DNA of 64,000 nucleotides, from positions 2,728,001 through 2,792,000 of the forward strand of contig NC_043001.1 in the NCBI RefSeq assembly GCF_006345805.1, in the 5' to 3' direction. The stretch is from Octopus sinensis (lineage: Eukaryota). Position numbers and translations under genes: made by a program. Under the pieces are notes generated by a model that was given only the letters and a program-made list of their open reading frames with translations, did no database searches and was not told where the DNA came from. Positions 1 through 12,567 of the stretch are shown one piece after another. Position 1 is the first letter of the stretch. Every line of letters begins with the position of its first letter.

Positions 1-634
1 ATGAAAGTGTGTAGACTTTAAACTATCAAATAAAACAACAAAAAAAAGATTCAAACAAGGAATGATTCTCCAAAGGGCTGAGGAATATTTCTGTTGGCTC
101 CTCATAGAACCTTCACAAAACCTTAGTCACCCATAGAGCAAGTGCTCTCCCCCATCCTCCTCTCTCACTTTAAAGGCTCAGCTCACTTAGATCCTTCTTA
201 CCACTGCCATCCCCTTTCAACATGTTTCTGGAAGGTAGAACTTCCCTCTCCACCCTCACCTTTCCTTTCAAGTAAAACTCGAAAATTTGGTAAGAGGAAG
301 ATGTCTGTTTATAGCCCTTTCAATCTAGTCCACTATCCAACCTCCCTTTTGCAGAGGCCACCAGATTGCCTGTTCTTCATGGCAGTAGGACAATCTTTCC
401 AACAAGTGGACTCAGCCAACAGGTGGACCCTTCCAACATTTGGCAACAGGTGTCCAATATACTTTCAAAAGTCACCAATGCTCCAGCATTGCATTTCTAT
501 GTGCAGCACACTTTTGTTTCTCTGTGAAAATCTCAAGCAGATTTCGCAGACAGCACTACCATTTCTGTAGAGCTTATCTCGTATTGACAACGGCCACAGT
601 AGTGGTACCAAGCCAGAGATTACCCTTTGAACCA

Positions 635-767
635 AATAGTACCAGGTTCAGTCCCACTGTGTAGCACTGTGGGCAAGTGTCTTCTTTAGCCTCAGGTCTA
701 CTTTAGCTTCAGGCCGACCAAAACCTTGTAAGTGGATCTGGCAGATAGAAACTGAAACAAGCCCATC

Positions 768-810
<43 letters not shown>

Positions 811-990
811 CAGTCACTACTTGACAACCTGTGTTGAAATGTTTACGTCCCTGTGACTTAGCAGTTTGGCAAAAGACACTGACAGAATAAGTACCGAGCT
901 TTAAAAAATTAAGTACTGCAGTTGAGTCATTCTCTTAAAAATTCTTCAAGGTGATGCCCCAGCATGGCCGCAGTCTTGAAACAAGAAAAA
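635..990 (+). mobile_element. tRNA-derived SINE family A, degraded copy
   Basis: Has GGTTCAGTCCCACTG B-box region, GGGCAAGTGTCTTCT core, internal (TG)n and CCAGCATGGCCGCAGTC tail; matches copies at 10146 and 38521. Confidence 0.8.
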
Positions 991-2354
991 GAAAGAAAGA
1001 AGTAGAAGAAAAGGATCCTAGCACAAAGTCCTTAGGAACAAATCAGCCAATTGATTTTCATTGATGCCCAGATTCTCCCCAAGAACCTGGACACATTTTC
1101 CTGCCAAAGTGGAATTTCTATGAATGACAATGATTGATTGGCAGAGGGCTGTGAGTGCCTGCTGACCCTCCAGGGGCCAAGTGTCTTGCCCTGGTCTACA
1201 CTTCAGCCAGGAGTGCAGAATAAGTCAAAGGGACAAAGGGACAAAGAAAGGCAAGTCTGACAAACGATGACCACAACTGCTCATTATCAAAGAAACACTG
1301 AAGATGTCTCGTAGTCTCAGCAAATATCCAATGTTTTCTCAGCCATGGCATAGCAGCCTGCCCTCTGTCCACTCTGTCCACTCTGTCCACTATTATCTTC
1401 CTCGTTGTCATTGGTGCCATCATCAATATTGCTTGTTGTTCTTTGTCTTCAGTGTTGTCAATCAACATTGTCAGCAATAGCAGCAGCTGCATTCTTGCCA
1501 TCGTTTTACCTGTTTTTTCTATAACATGGGTTGTGCAGTTCTTACACCTTCACTCTCAGCGACAATCTTTCATCATCTTTTGTCCATACAGCAACAAAGA
1601 AAGTACCCCCCGCGCACACACCCACACATATACACACTTTGTTGTGTAAGTAATTATTTTGGCATAGTTTCCATGACTACATAGCTTTCTCATTTATGAT
1701 TATGACGATGACGACGACGACGACGACGATGATGATGATGATGAGGGTGATGATGATGATGATAAGTTTATCTTGGATATTATTCAGGAACAACTTTTAC
1801 TTCTTTGCACCTGATCAGGTTCTGATTTGAAGAAGATTTGGTTGATATTTCTAGCAGACTACACAACCACTAAAAAAAGTCCCTTGAATAGGTCAATTAG
1901 TGCATCTGTTTCTTTTTTTTTCTTTCTGTTCATTTCAAAACTACACAGCTTTCGGTTCTGTCAGCAGAAGTACAAGGTCCAAAACCTTGTACTTCAGCCT
2001 TGAGTCAACCAATGCCTTTAGAAACTGTAAGGAAGCTTGTTGTATATATGTGTGTGTGTGTGTGTATCTGTTTTATATTGTGTGAGTGTAAAGCTGTGAG
2101 CTGGCAGGATCGTCAGCAAACCATGCAAAATACTGAGTGGCATTTCACTTATCTTTGCATTTTGAGTTCCAATCCTACTGAGATGGACTTAGCCTTTCAT
2201 CCTTTAAGGGTCGATAAAAAAGGACCAATTAAACATTGAGGTCGATGTAATTGCTTTCACCCTGTCCCCTCCCCAAAGATTACTGGGTTTGTGCCAAAAT
2301 TTGAAACAGTACATCATGATGATGTATGAATGTGTGTGTGTGTGTGTGTGTGTG

Positions 2355-2388
<34 letters not shown>

Positions 2389-3180
2389 CTGCAGGCTTGA
2401 GAATATTGATATTTTCTTATTGAAACTGTGGTCAGTCACTGTGCACTTGAAAGGCCACATCAATAATGGATAACAACATTACATCCCTTAACTGAAACCC
2501 AGGGAAGGTTTGGTGACTGGAAGTGCACCCAGTCGTAAAATCCTGCTGCTGTTAAGTCCCTGTCCAACACATCTCAGCATGGGAGAACGGATGTTAAATG
2601 AACAAATGAACAGGATAGAAAATGCAATCAATGTGGAATTCTCTCCCTGTAAATATTCTTTCTACAGCTGAAGAATTTCTACTGTTCAAAAGGAACTTTG
2701 ATGGCATCAGTATCACCAAATCTAGAATGCCTGTGTAGGCTATGGGCACGCATCCTTTCTGTACATCAAAACAACAAAAAACAAAAATCAAAAAACATTA
2801 GACCTACAATAGATAATTTAATAGAATGAGATTGTTGTCTGCAGAGTTGAAGAGGAGAGAAAAATCTAACATAAAAGAGGAGAGAATGAAAGCAAGGAAT
2901 GCCTAAAAGACATGGATGTAGAATGGGAAATGGAAAAGGGCAGAAAAGGAAAGAGTAAAAGAGTCACAAAGTGGAATGGTTGAACAGGCATGTCTGGAGG
3001 AATGTTGGTGAATTTTGAGAAGCATGGAACTCTAGAAGACCTGTCCATCACAATAGAATTGATATCCTAAAATCACCTGGGTAATGCATATCCCTGATGG
3101 GCTTTGCCCTGTGAACCTTCCCCCCATCCACATTTCTTCCCTCAACACACATCACTTCCTCTATCACCTGAGAACATACC

Positions 3181-3261
3181 ACACCTCTTGTTACCTTTAC
3201 TACACCTGTTACCTTTACTACATCTCCTGTTACCTTTACCACACCTCTTGTTACCTTTACT
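3181..3261. repeat. ~20-bp minisatellite, 4 copies
   Basis: ACACCTCTTGTTACCTTTACT-like unit repeated directly. Confidence 0.85.
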
Positions 3262-3749
3262 CACAGCTTCAACTTACCTCCCCCACCTACTATCTCCACT
3301 AATCATATCCCTTCTACACCCTTCCCTCCCTCCCTATACTGCCTTCCATCATCAACTACTAACTTACCTGCTAGCACCTCAATGCCCTCCCATATCTACT
3401 GCATCTACTGCCTCTGAACCTCTCCTATATTTCTGTCCATCATTTAGCTCCAGCTGCCTCATGCTACCCTCTAACCAGCTCAATATTTTCTATCACCTCA
3501 CCTATTCTTACCCCCACCCAATGTTCCTTGAGGGCATGTCCCAACATGTCTTCATCTCATCCTACAACTCACTCCCCTTTGTTTTCCAACATGAGTATCC
3601 ATGTATCTACTCTGCAGCAAGACACCTCTCTCTGTCCCCCCTATACATTAAATCTCTCAACTCACACAAAGCCACACCCTCTCAATACTACTCCTCCTCC
3701 TTCGAGCTGAAGGCTTTTTGTTTTGTGAGTTACTTGGTGACCCTGTTGG

Positions 3750-3995
3750 TGCTGGTGCCATGTAAAAAGCAACGGTGATGGTTCCACATCAAAAACACTC
3801 GTGCAGGTGTCACACAAAAAGCACTTAGTGTACTCTGTAAAATAGCTGGTGTTAGGAAGGACGCCCAGCTGTAGAAACTGTGTCAAAGCAGGTAACGGAA
3901 CCTGGTGAGGCTCCTGGCCTTGCCAGCTTCTGTCAAGTCATCCAACCCATGCCAGCAGAGAATACAGGCATTAAATGATAATGATGATGATAATG
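3750..3995 (+). mobile_element. RTE LINE 3' tail, degraded
   Basis: AGGAAGGACGCCCAGCTGTAGAAAC...CCAACCCATGCCAGC followed by (GAT/AAT)n; homologous to the tail of the RTE at 5321. Confidence 0.75.
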
Positions 3996-4889
3996 ATAAG
4001 TATGATGATGGTGATGATGATACTAATGATGCAAATTTTCAAGGATGCAGTGTCCTTACAGCTAGCAACTGATGGTGGTATTTTATTACAAAATTATGGT
4101 CCTAGATATAGAGTGTCTCAAAAAGTAAAAACCGAATGACCATTTCTCAAATACTCTTAATCATAGGTCTGTTCAATCAGAAATGATTTGGGGTTAAGCA
4201 ACTTTCTTTGCCGTTAATCTGAAACCTTGTGTTCTAAAGTAATACTACGAGAAGCAAAATCCTGCTAAATAAGTTTTTCAGTGTATAAAATAAATGGTAA
4301 ATAAACGTGATATTGCTCTACTTGTCTTGGCAAAGTGTTCTGGGAAAGACAGCACAGAATTATGAAATGGTGGAAGCAAAATATACATATTAAATAGGTA
4401 AACATGCTCTTTTCTCTGAAGTTTGAACTAATTCTATAAAATAACATCTTTTGATATGTGGCAGACATCTCTTATTGAAAACATCCTAAGGTTGTTTTAG
4501 GCTGAAATAATTATATACAAGCATCTTGGCTGAAAATAATTATATTTCCTACGCAAAATGAAGAGAGAGAGAAGAGATTTATGAGTAAAAAGCTGCTGCG
4601 CAAGGAAGAGATTAATATTAAAACTGTTGACCTGCCATTTGTGGAATTAATGGAAATAGCGTAATAGTTGCAATGATTTCATAGAATGAAAGTAAGAACA
4701 AAGAGTGGAATTTGTTAAGGTGGTGTAGTTATTGCAATATACAAAGAAAGCAATTTCACTGCAACTTCTCCAGGCATGATACACGCCTAAATATAAAGTG
4801 CAGTTTTGGCTTTTTGTTTTTTCCCATCTTCCTTTGAAGAATGGCTCAGAATGATGGTGATGGTGTAGAGACACACACACACATACACA

Positions 4890-5240
4890 CATGGCTGTGT
4901 GGTAAGAAGTTTGTTTTCTAACCACATGGCTCTGAGTTCAAGCCTGTTCTGTGACACTTTGCATGTGTGCGTGTGTACCCATGTATGTGCATGTACGTTT
5001 GAGTGTGTGCATGTGTGAATGTGTGCATGTGTGAGTGTATGTATGTGCGTGGGTGTGACTCTGTGTTTGACTCCTATCACCGACTGACAACCGATGTTGG
5101 TGTGTTTACATCCTTGTAGTTTAGTAGGTTTGACAAAAGAGACTGATAGAATAAGCATCAGATTTATAAGAAGAGTTGTCAACTTATTCTACAAAAGATT
5201 CTTCAAGTCAGTGCTACAGCATGGGCACAGGCTAACAACT
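4890..5240 (+). mobile_element. SINE family A, degraded copy
   Basis: GGCTGTGTGGTAAGAAG head, internal TG microsatellite, GACAACCGATGTTGGTGTGTTTAC body. Confidence 0.75.
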
Positions 5241-5320
5241 GACACACATAACAGGTATAACACATACATTCATATATATATATATACCTATATACATATA
5301 TCCTTATATATATATCATCA

Positions 5321-6605
5321 TCATCATCATCATCATCATCGTTTAACGTCCGTTCTCCATGCTAGCATGGGTTGGACGGTTCGACCGGGCATCTGGGAAG
5401 CCAGAAGGCTGCACCAGGCTCCAGTCTTATCTGGCAATGTTTCTACAGCTGGATGCCCTTCCTAACGCCAACCACTCCGTGAGTGTAGTGGGTGCTTTTT
5501 ACGTGCCACCTGCACAGGTGCCAGGCGAGGCTGGCAACGGCCACGGTCAGATTGGTGTGTTTTATGTGCCACCGGCACGGAAGCCAGACGAGGCAGCGCT
5601 GGCATCGGCCACGAGTCGGATAGTGCTTTTTACGTACCACCAGACCAGGGATCCTGGCTGGTTCAATTCGATTTCGATTTCGCTTTTGCTTGCCCCAACA
5701 TGTCTTCACAAGCAAAGGGGGTTGGCATGGGTGCCTGTCGTTGGATGAGGTTCTATATCGACTTCGCTTGCCTCAACAGGTCTTTGTGTCCAAGGGAGGA
5801 AAGGCATTCATAAGTGGGCTGGGCTGACTTGTCCTGCCTGGTCTTCTCACGTACAGCATATTTCCAAAGGTCTCGGTCGCTGGTCATTTCCTCAGTGAGG
5901 CCTAAAGTTCGAAGGTCGTGCTTCACCACCTTGTCCCAGGTTTTCCTGGGTCTACCTCTTCCACGGGTTCCCTCAACTGCTAGGGATTGGCACTTTCTCA
6001 CACACCTATCTTCATCCATTCTCGCCACATGACCATACCAGCGCAATCGTCTCTCTTGCACACCACAACTGATGCTTCTTAGGTACAACATTTCTCTCAA
6101 GGTACTAACGCTCTGTCGAGTATGTACACTGACATTACACATCCATCGGCGCATACTGGCTTCATTCCTCATGAGCTTACACATGTCCTCAGCAGTCATG
6201 GCCCATGTTTCACTGCCATGTAGCATGGCTGTTCGTACACATGCATCATACAGTCTATCTTTTACTCTGAGCGAGAGGCCTTTAGTCACCAGCAGAGGTA
6301 AGAGCTCCCTAAACTTTGCCCAGGCCATTCTTATTCTAGAAGTTACACTTTCAGTGCACCCACCCCCACTACTGACTTGGTCACCTAGATAATGGAAGCT
6401 ATCAACTACTTCTAGTTTTTCCCCCCGGAAAGTGACGGAAGTTGTTTTCTGCAGATTTTCGGAGGTTAATGCTCCCGAGCATCTGCCACATACAAAAACT
6501 ATCTTCCCAGTTAGCCTACCTTTGACATTGCTGCACCTCTTATGTGTCCATAGCTTACACTGGGTACATCTTATAGAGTTTCTACCTACACCTTTTCTAC
6601 ATATA
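5321..6605 (-). mobile_element. 5'-truncated RTE-clade LINE (ORF2 end, 3'UTR, (GAT)n tail)
   Basis: ORF2 C-terminus contiguous with the 3'UTR that recurs many times in the window; ends in a (CAT)n tract on +. Confidence 0.93.
5753..6601 (-). pseudogene. RTE ORF2 fragment: Cys/His insert, end of RT (FHYLG) and C-terminal domain
   Basis: Hand translation is open for 283 codons: CRKGVGRNSIRCTQCKLWTHKRC...VCGRC...KLEVVDSFHYLGD...RTAMLHGSETW...RLRWYGHVARM...RGRGRPRKTW; these are typical RTE motifs. Confidence 0.92.
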
Positions 6606-6607
6606 TA

Positions 6608-7405
6608 TTCACTAGTTATCGTTATAGATATTTAAGATATATCTCCCTTATAGAAATTGGCTGCCGATTCTTTGCGGGGTTTTTCTCTTCCCCTCTTTTT
6701 ACATTGTCGTCTGTCTGGACTCCTCTCTTCCTTCCTACCACCCGCCATGGCTATGCATACTTAAGCTAGTAAACTGGCCTCATTCTTGATTCCGAATTCC
6801 TTTGCCAAGTCTGTCCGTAAACGAAGTGATCTCAAGATAAGAAATCTTTGAACTTTAATTCATCCGTATCTCTATTTATTATTATTATTTATTAATTATT
6901 ATTATTCTGATCCCCCTAGTCGCCACTCTGTTTACTATTTTCGTCATCAGCCTCGCCTCGTTTGCATATTCTGTATAATTCACTAGTTATCGTTATAGAT
7001 ATTTAAGATATATCTCCCTTATAGAAATTGGCTGCCGATCTTCGCGGGGTTTTTCTCTTCCCCTCTTTTTACATTGTCGTCTGTCTGGACTCCTCTCTTC
7101 CTACACCCCGCCATGGCTATGCATACTTAAGCTAGTAAACTGCCTCATTCTTGATTCGAATTCCTTTGCCAAGTCTGTCCGTAAACGAAGTGATCTCAAG
7201 ATAAGAAATCTTTGAACTTTAATCATCCGTATCTCTATTTATTATTATTATTATTATTAATTATTTTCTGATCCCCCTAGTCGCCACTCTGTTTACTATT
7301 TTCAGCCTCGCCTCGTTTTTGCATATTCTATATTCACTAGTTATCGTTATAGATATTTAAGATATATCTCCCTTATAGAAATTGGCTGCCGATTCTTCGC
7401 GGGGC
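6608..7405. repeat. ~360-370-bp tandem repeat, 2 full copies plus a partial third
   Basis: TTCACTAGTTATCGTTATAGATATTTAAG begins at ~6608, ~6979 and ~7332. Confidence 0.93.
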
Positions 7406-7485
7406 GCTCGCCCGCCCTACCCACCCCCACCACCAATACCGGATATCTCTATTTTGCTCCAACTATACCGGATGTCGTTTTCTCC

Positions 7486-8967
7486 CACCACCATTATAGG
7501 TGTCTACTCTTTGAACCCCCTCTTCAATACGCTATTTCACCATGCATTACCCCTCTCTCGATATCCTACGTTCTTCTTGCCTAGAACCTGTCTCTGGACC
7601 ACCCCTCCCACTGGTGCTCACCCCTCCCACTGGTGCTCCCCTATATTTCTGCATCCCCCACCACATTATAGGTGTCTACTTCTTCCCCCTCTTCAATACG
7701 CTATTTCACCATGCATTACCCCTCTCTCGATATCCTACGTCTCTACTTGCCTAGAACCTGTCCTCTGAACCACCCCTCCCACTGGTACTCCCCTATATTT
7801 CTGCACCCCCCCCCCACCATTATAGTGTCTACTCTTGAAACCCCGTCTTCAATACGCTATTCACCATGCATTACCCCTCTCTCGATATCCTACGTTCTAC
7901 TTGCCTAGAACCTGTCCTCTGAACCACCCCTCCCACTGGTGCCCACCCCTCCCACTGGTGCTCCTCTATATTCTGCACCCCCCCACCACCATTATAGGTG
8001 TCTACTCTTTGAACCCCCTCTCAATACGCTATTTCACCATGCATTACCCCTCTCTCGATATCCTAACGTTCTACTTGCCTAGAACCTGTCCCCTGAACCA
8101 CCCCTCCCACTGGTGCTCCCCTATATTTCTGCACCCCCCACCACCATTATAGGTGTCTACTCTTTGAACCCCCCTCTTCAATACGCTATTTCACCATGCA
8201 TTACCCCTCTCTCGATATTATCCTACGTTCTTCTTGCCTAGAACCTGTCCTCTGGACCACCCCTCCCACTGGTGCTCACCCCTCACTGGTGCTCCCCTAT
8301 ATTTCTGCATCCCCCCACCACCATTATAGGTGTCTACTCTTTGAACCCCCCTCTTCAATACGCTATTTCACCATGCATTACCCCTCTCTCGATATCCTAC
8401 GTTCTACTTGCCTAGAACCTGTCCTCTGAACCACACCCCTCCCACTGGTACTCCCCTATATTTCTGCACCCCCCCACCACCATTATAGGTGTCTACTCTT
8501 TGAACCCCGTCTTCAATACGCTATTCACCATGCATTACCCCTCTCTCGATATCCTACTTACGTTCTACTTGCCTAGAACCTGTCCTCTGAACCACCCCTC
8601 CCACTGGTGCCCACCCCTCCCACTGGTGCTCCTCTATATTCTGCACCCCCCCACCACCATTATAGGTGTTACTCTTTGAACCCCCTCTTCAATACGCTAT
8701 TTCACCATGCATTACCCCTCTCTCGATATCCTACGTTCTACTTGCCTAGAACCTGTCCCCTGAACCACCCCTCCACTGGTGCTCCCCTATATTTCTGCAC
8801 CCCCCCACCACCATTATAGGTGTCTACTCTTTGAACCCCCCTCTTCAATACGCTATTTTCCCCATGCATTACCCCTCTCTCGATATCTCCTACGTTCTAC
8901 TTGACTAGTACCTGTCCTCTGAACCCCCTCCCACTGGTGCTCCCCTATATTTCTGCACCCCCCCCAT
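7486..8967. repeat. Satellite of 9 monomers (154-177 bp) organised as a 4-monomer higher-order repeat
   Basis: The ATTATAG anchor recurs at 7493, 7665, 7819, 7991, 8146, 8323, 8482, 8659 and 8813; diagnostic variants recur every fourth monomer. Confidence 0.92.
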
Positions 8968-9207
8968 AAAAACACCATCCGAACGTGGCCGATGCCAGAC
9001 CCCTCTGGCCCTGTGCAGGTGGCACGTAAAAACACCACTACACTCGCGGAGTGTGGTTGGCGTTAGGAAGGGCATCCAGCTGTAGAAACACTGCCAGACT
9101 AGACTGGAGCCTGGGGCAGTCCCGAGCTCCCCAGACCCCGGTCGAAACCGTCCAACCCGTGCTAGCGCGGAAAACGACGTTAAACGATGATGATGATGAT
9201 GATGATG

Positions 9208-9208
<1 letters not shown>
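8968..9208 (+). mobile_element. RTE LINE 3' tail
   Basis: GTTGGCGTTAGGAAGGGCATCCAGCTGTAGAAAC...GACGTTAAAC(GAT)n. Confidence 0.9.
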
Positions 9209-9244
<36 letters not shown>

Positions 9245-9319
9245 TGATTGTTGCCAGGGCTGCTATCTATTTGTCTGTCTCTCTACTTGTATATATATAT
9301 GTGTGTATGTATACAAGGT

Positions 9320-9750
9320 GCATTTTTCACATGTTCCATCCATATTTAGTGACCAACACTTCTTTATGCAGCAGTCCTCATCTGCACATGCATCTCATGA
9401 CCAACCCAGCACAGTCTTCTCTCTTGCATACTACATCTGATGCCGTTTATGCCCAATTTTTCTCTCAATACCTTAACACATTGTCATACACACACATGAA
9501 TGTTGCACATTCACCGAAGTATGCTAGCTTCATTTCTCTCTCGTCTTTGCATGTCCTCTGCATTCATGTGCCACATTTCACCATGTAGCATTGCTGTTCG
9601 TGCACAAGCATCATACACGTTAACTTTCTCTCTGAGAATGAGGCCTTTTATTACCAACAGAAATTAATAACACGGAACTTTCTCTAGCTTATTCTTATTC
9701 TAGCAAATACTCTTTCAGAACATATATACTGCACTGCCACCTGGCTTCTG
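9320..9750 (-). mobile_element. Older degraded RTE ORF2 C-terminal fragment
   Basis: Minus strand gives YDACARTAMLHGEMWHMNAEDMQRRERNEAS, homologous to the 5753 ORF, with stops and frameshifts. Confidence 0.8.
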
Positions 9751-10145
9751 ACCATTTGTCCATTTTTTCTGTTTTCTCTCTCATTGACTCTTTCTCTTCT
9801 CACCCCTTCTATGATTCTCCCTTTCTACTGATAAAGGACTAAAGTTCAAAATGTTAAGATAGTTTTCTCTTTAATGTATTAAGTAAATATCTTATGAGTT
9901 AAACTTTGTCCTGTGTACGACCACTGTTTAATTGTGTGTGTGTGTGTGTATATGTGTGAGTGTGTGTCTGGATATATATCTATAGGGAATTCATATAGTG
10001 CTTATCAAACAGACTGATTTCCCTTTACATCTTACCAAAACAATTATGATAATCTTAATCCCTTTCGGTTGTTAGTAAAGATGCAAATGTGTAAAACTCA
10101 TAATGTTTATGATTTTATGTCAAGTTTCCCATAGAAGTACAATGA

Positions 10146-10553
10146 TTCTCTTTTCTCTTTTTACTTGTTTCAGTCATTTTGACTGCGGCCATGCTGGTGC
10201 ACCGCCTTTAATCGAGCAACTCGACCCCGGGACTTATTCTTTGTAAGCCCAGTACTTATTCTATCGGTCTCTTTTGCCGAACCGCTAAGTGACGGGGACA
10301 TAAACACACCAGCATCGGTTGTCAAGCAATGCTAGGGGGACAAACACAGACACACAAACATACATGCACATACATGTATATACATATATACGACGGGCTT
10401 CTTTCAGTTTCCGTCTACCAAATCCACTCACAAGGCTTTGGTCGGCCCGAGGCTATAGTAGAAGACACTTGCCCAAGGTGCCACACAGTGGGACTGAACC
10501 CGGAACCATGTGGTTGGTAAACAAGCTACTTACCACACAGCCACTCCTGCGCC
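10146..10553 (-). mobile_element. SINE family A, near-intact full-length copy
   Basis: tRNA-like head GGCGCAGGAGTGGCTGTGTGGTAAG...GGTTCAGTCCC, core, internal (TA/TG)n, tail ending GAAACAAGTAAAAAGAG. Confidence 0.92.
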
Positions 10554-10989
10554 TTTATTTAAAAACATTGCTGGTGTCATTAAAAGGAGCTCGAATCTCA
10601 AAATCTTTTATTTATTCTCATCTTGACTCATAATGTAAAAATCAATGTAAGTCTCTTCATCTGCTTGGAGCTTAGAAAAGGATTCCTGGAAAAAATTTGC
10701 TTAAGAAAACATGCCCCAGAATTATTTCAGAAACTTCTTTCATTTTTTGAAATATTAAGTTAACTGTGCTTGTCCATTAATGGAGTTTTCTATTTTTTAT
10801 TTGTTATTTTAATAAAAATTCAGATTTTGTAATAGAACGTTGAACAAGTTTCTCCATTCTCTGTGTTGCAGTCATTGATAATAGCATGTTTCTAAAGTGG
10901 TGGAAAGACAGTGTTAGCTTGGTGACTCCTTCAGCAAATGTCTTCTCTGAAGGCTGCTGGTGAACTAATGTTTGTGAGTGAATTTATTA

Positions 10990-11400
10990 AATGCAGAGTG
11001 CAAGCCTGCAGTCATACATGTACATACACACACATACACACATATACACATACATACATACACGCACATACATACACACATACACACATACATACATACG
11101 TACACATATACATACATGCACACACACATACATACATATATACATACACTTATATGCATACACACATATGTATATGCACACATACATGCATACATATAAA
11201 CATACATTCAAACACACATATATATATACATAAATACATGCATTTATATATGTATATATGCATCTCTTTCTCTCTTTTCTCTCTCTCTCCCTCTCTCTCT
11301 TTATGCATATATATATATACATACATGCATTCATACATACACACACACATATATATATATATATAAAGCAGAGTTTGTGTGTGTGTGTGTGTGTGTGTTC
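10990..11400. repeat. Compound (CA/TA/TC/TG)n microsatellite
   Basis: Direct inspection. Confidence 0.95.
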
Positions 11401-11419
11401 CTTATGCGTTTAAAAACTT

Positions 11420-12095
11420 AGTTTCCGATTTCGACGTACGGTTATCAAACGATTTGGTAATCTTTCAGCAACCAAATAAATACCCTGTTGAATTTCTGAA
11501 CACACTCAAATCCACTGGGATGCCACCACATAACTTGACACTAAAACTGGGTGCTCCCATTAGGTTGCTTAGAAATCTTGACCCTTCTCACCTCGCTTAA
11601 TTTTTACTTTCATAAAGCTCCATGCCCTACAGGTAACAATCATAACAGGTAGTCACAAAGGAGAGCATGTTTTTATTTCAAAAATACCTCGCATACCCAC
11701 AGATGTTCCATTTGAATTAAAACGCTTCAGTTTCCAGTCAAAGTAAGTTTTAGCATTTCAATTAACAAATCTCAGAGTCAATTCCTCAAGGTAGTTGGAT
11801 TTGATCTCTGTACTCCATGCTTCTTCCGCTGCCAACTCTATGTTGCTTGCTCACAAATTGTAAGCAATGACAATTTATTCATTTGGACATCAACAAAACA
11901 TTACCCAATGAATATTGTTTGCCCTGATTTTTTCACAGATTTTCAGCTCGAAATTCTATTATCATTACAATTTGGATATTTTAAAATAAAATATAGATAT
12001 TTTGAAATGATTATGAGAAGATATCATTATATTCATTGTTTAGAAATCTGAATAAGAACTGCAGTAACCCAGGCAAAGCTGGGTCATTCACCTAT
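11420..12095 (+). mobile_element. Helitron 3' remnant: PIF1-like helicase C-terminus plus terminal hairpin
   Basis: [35 protein letters not shown], then frameshifted FPVKVSFSISINKSQSQFLKVVGFDL..PCF...QLYVACS; hairpin ACCCAG/CTGGGT (12067-12084) followed by CTAT (degenerate CTAG). Confidence 0.9.
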
Positions 12096-12567
12096 TATAA
12101 ATATAAGAAAAAACAGAAAGAATAGGATATTAATGTAAGTTTAATATTGTTTACATTATTCTCAGCAGCATTCTGTTTCAAGCAACATTACATAAAGATG
12201 ATTATGCAAGAGAAATCAAATACGATTTGAATAAAGTTAAGCATGGTTGAATAGCAGAGAGTGACACCTTATCAAAGTTTGCCTCTTAAACATATGTCCC
12301 ACCTGGCCACAACAAAAGAATTTTAATCAGCTGAACTATGGGAACTCCTCTGTACTGATGGCCTTATTCTTATAGCTGAATCTCAGCCAGAATTGAAAGA
12401 AGAAATTTCAGGTGTGGAATTGAAGCTTGGAATCAAAGGACCTCAGAGTTAGTTCAGCAGAGACCAAAGTCCTAGCACTGTGTTTATAAACTCAACTTGT
12501 GAAAATATACACAATTTTTTTTACAAAAAACTTGCGTGAAAACATAATTTATTATTTTAAACATTTA

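Noticed and set aside
420-530. Peptide similarity SNIWQQVSNILSK with SSIFQQVSGSLSK at 13632-13680 (minus)
   Set aside because: The match is too short, the flanks do not align and no family can be assigned; likely chance or very old TE debris.
3104-3778. 224-aa ORF
   Set aside because: It is a low-complexity C/T-rich strand with a 20-bp minisatellite, runs into an RTE tail and shows no recognisable domain.
7486-8967. ORFs of 70-128 aa in the array, or a CRISPR array
   Set aside because: The ORFs are translations of a tandem satellite, with frames shifting between units and no spacers.
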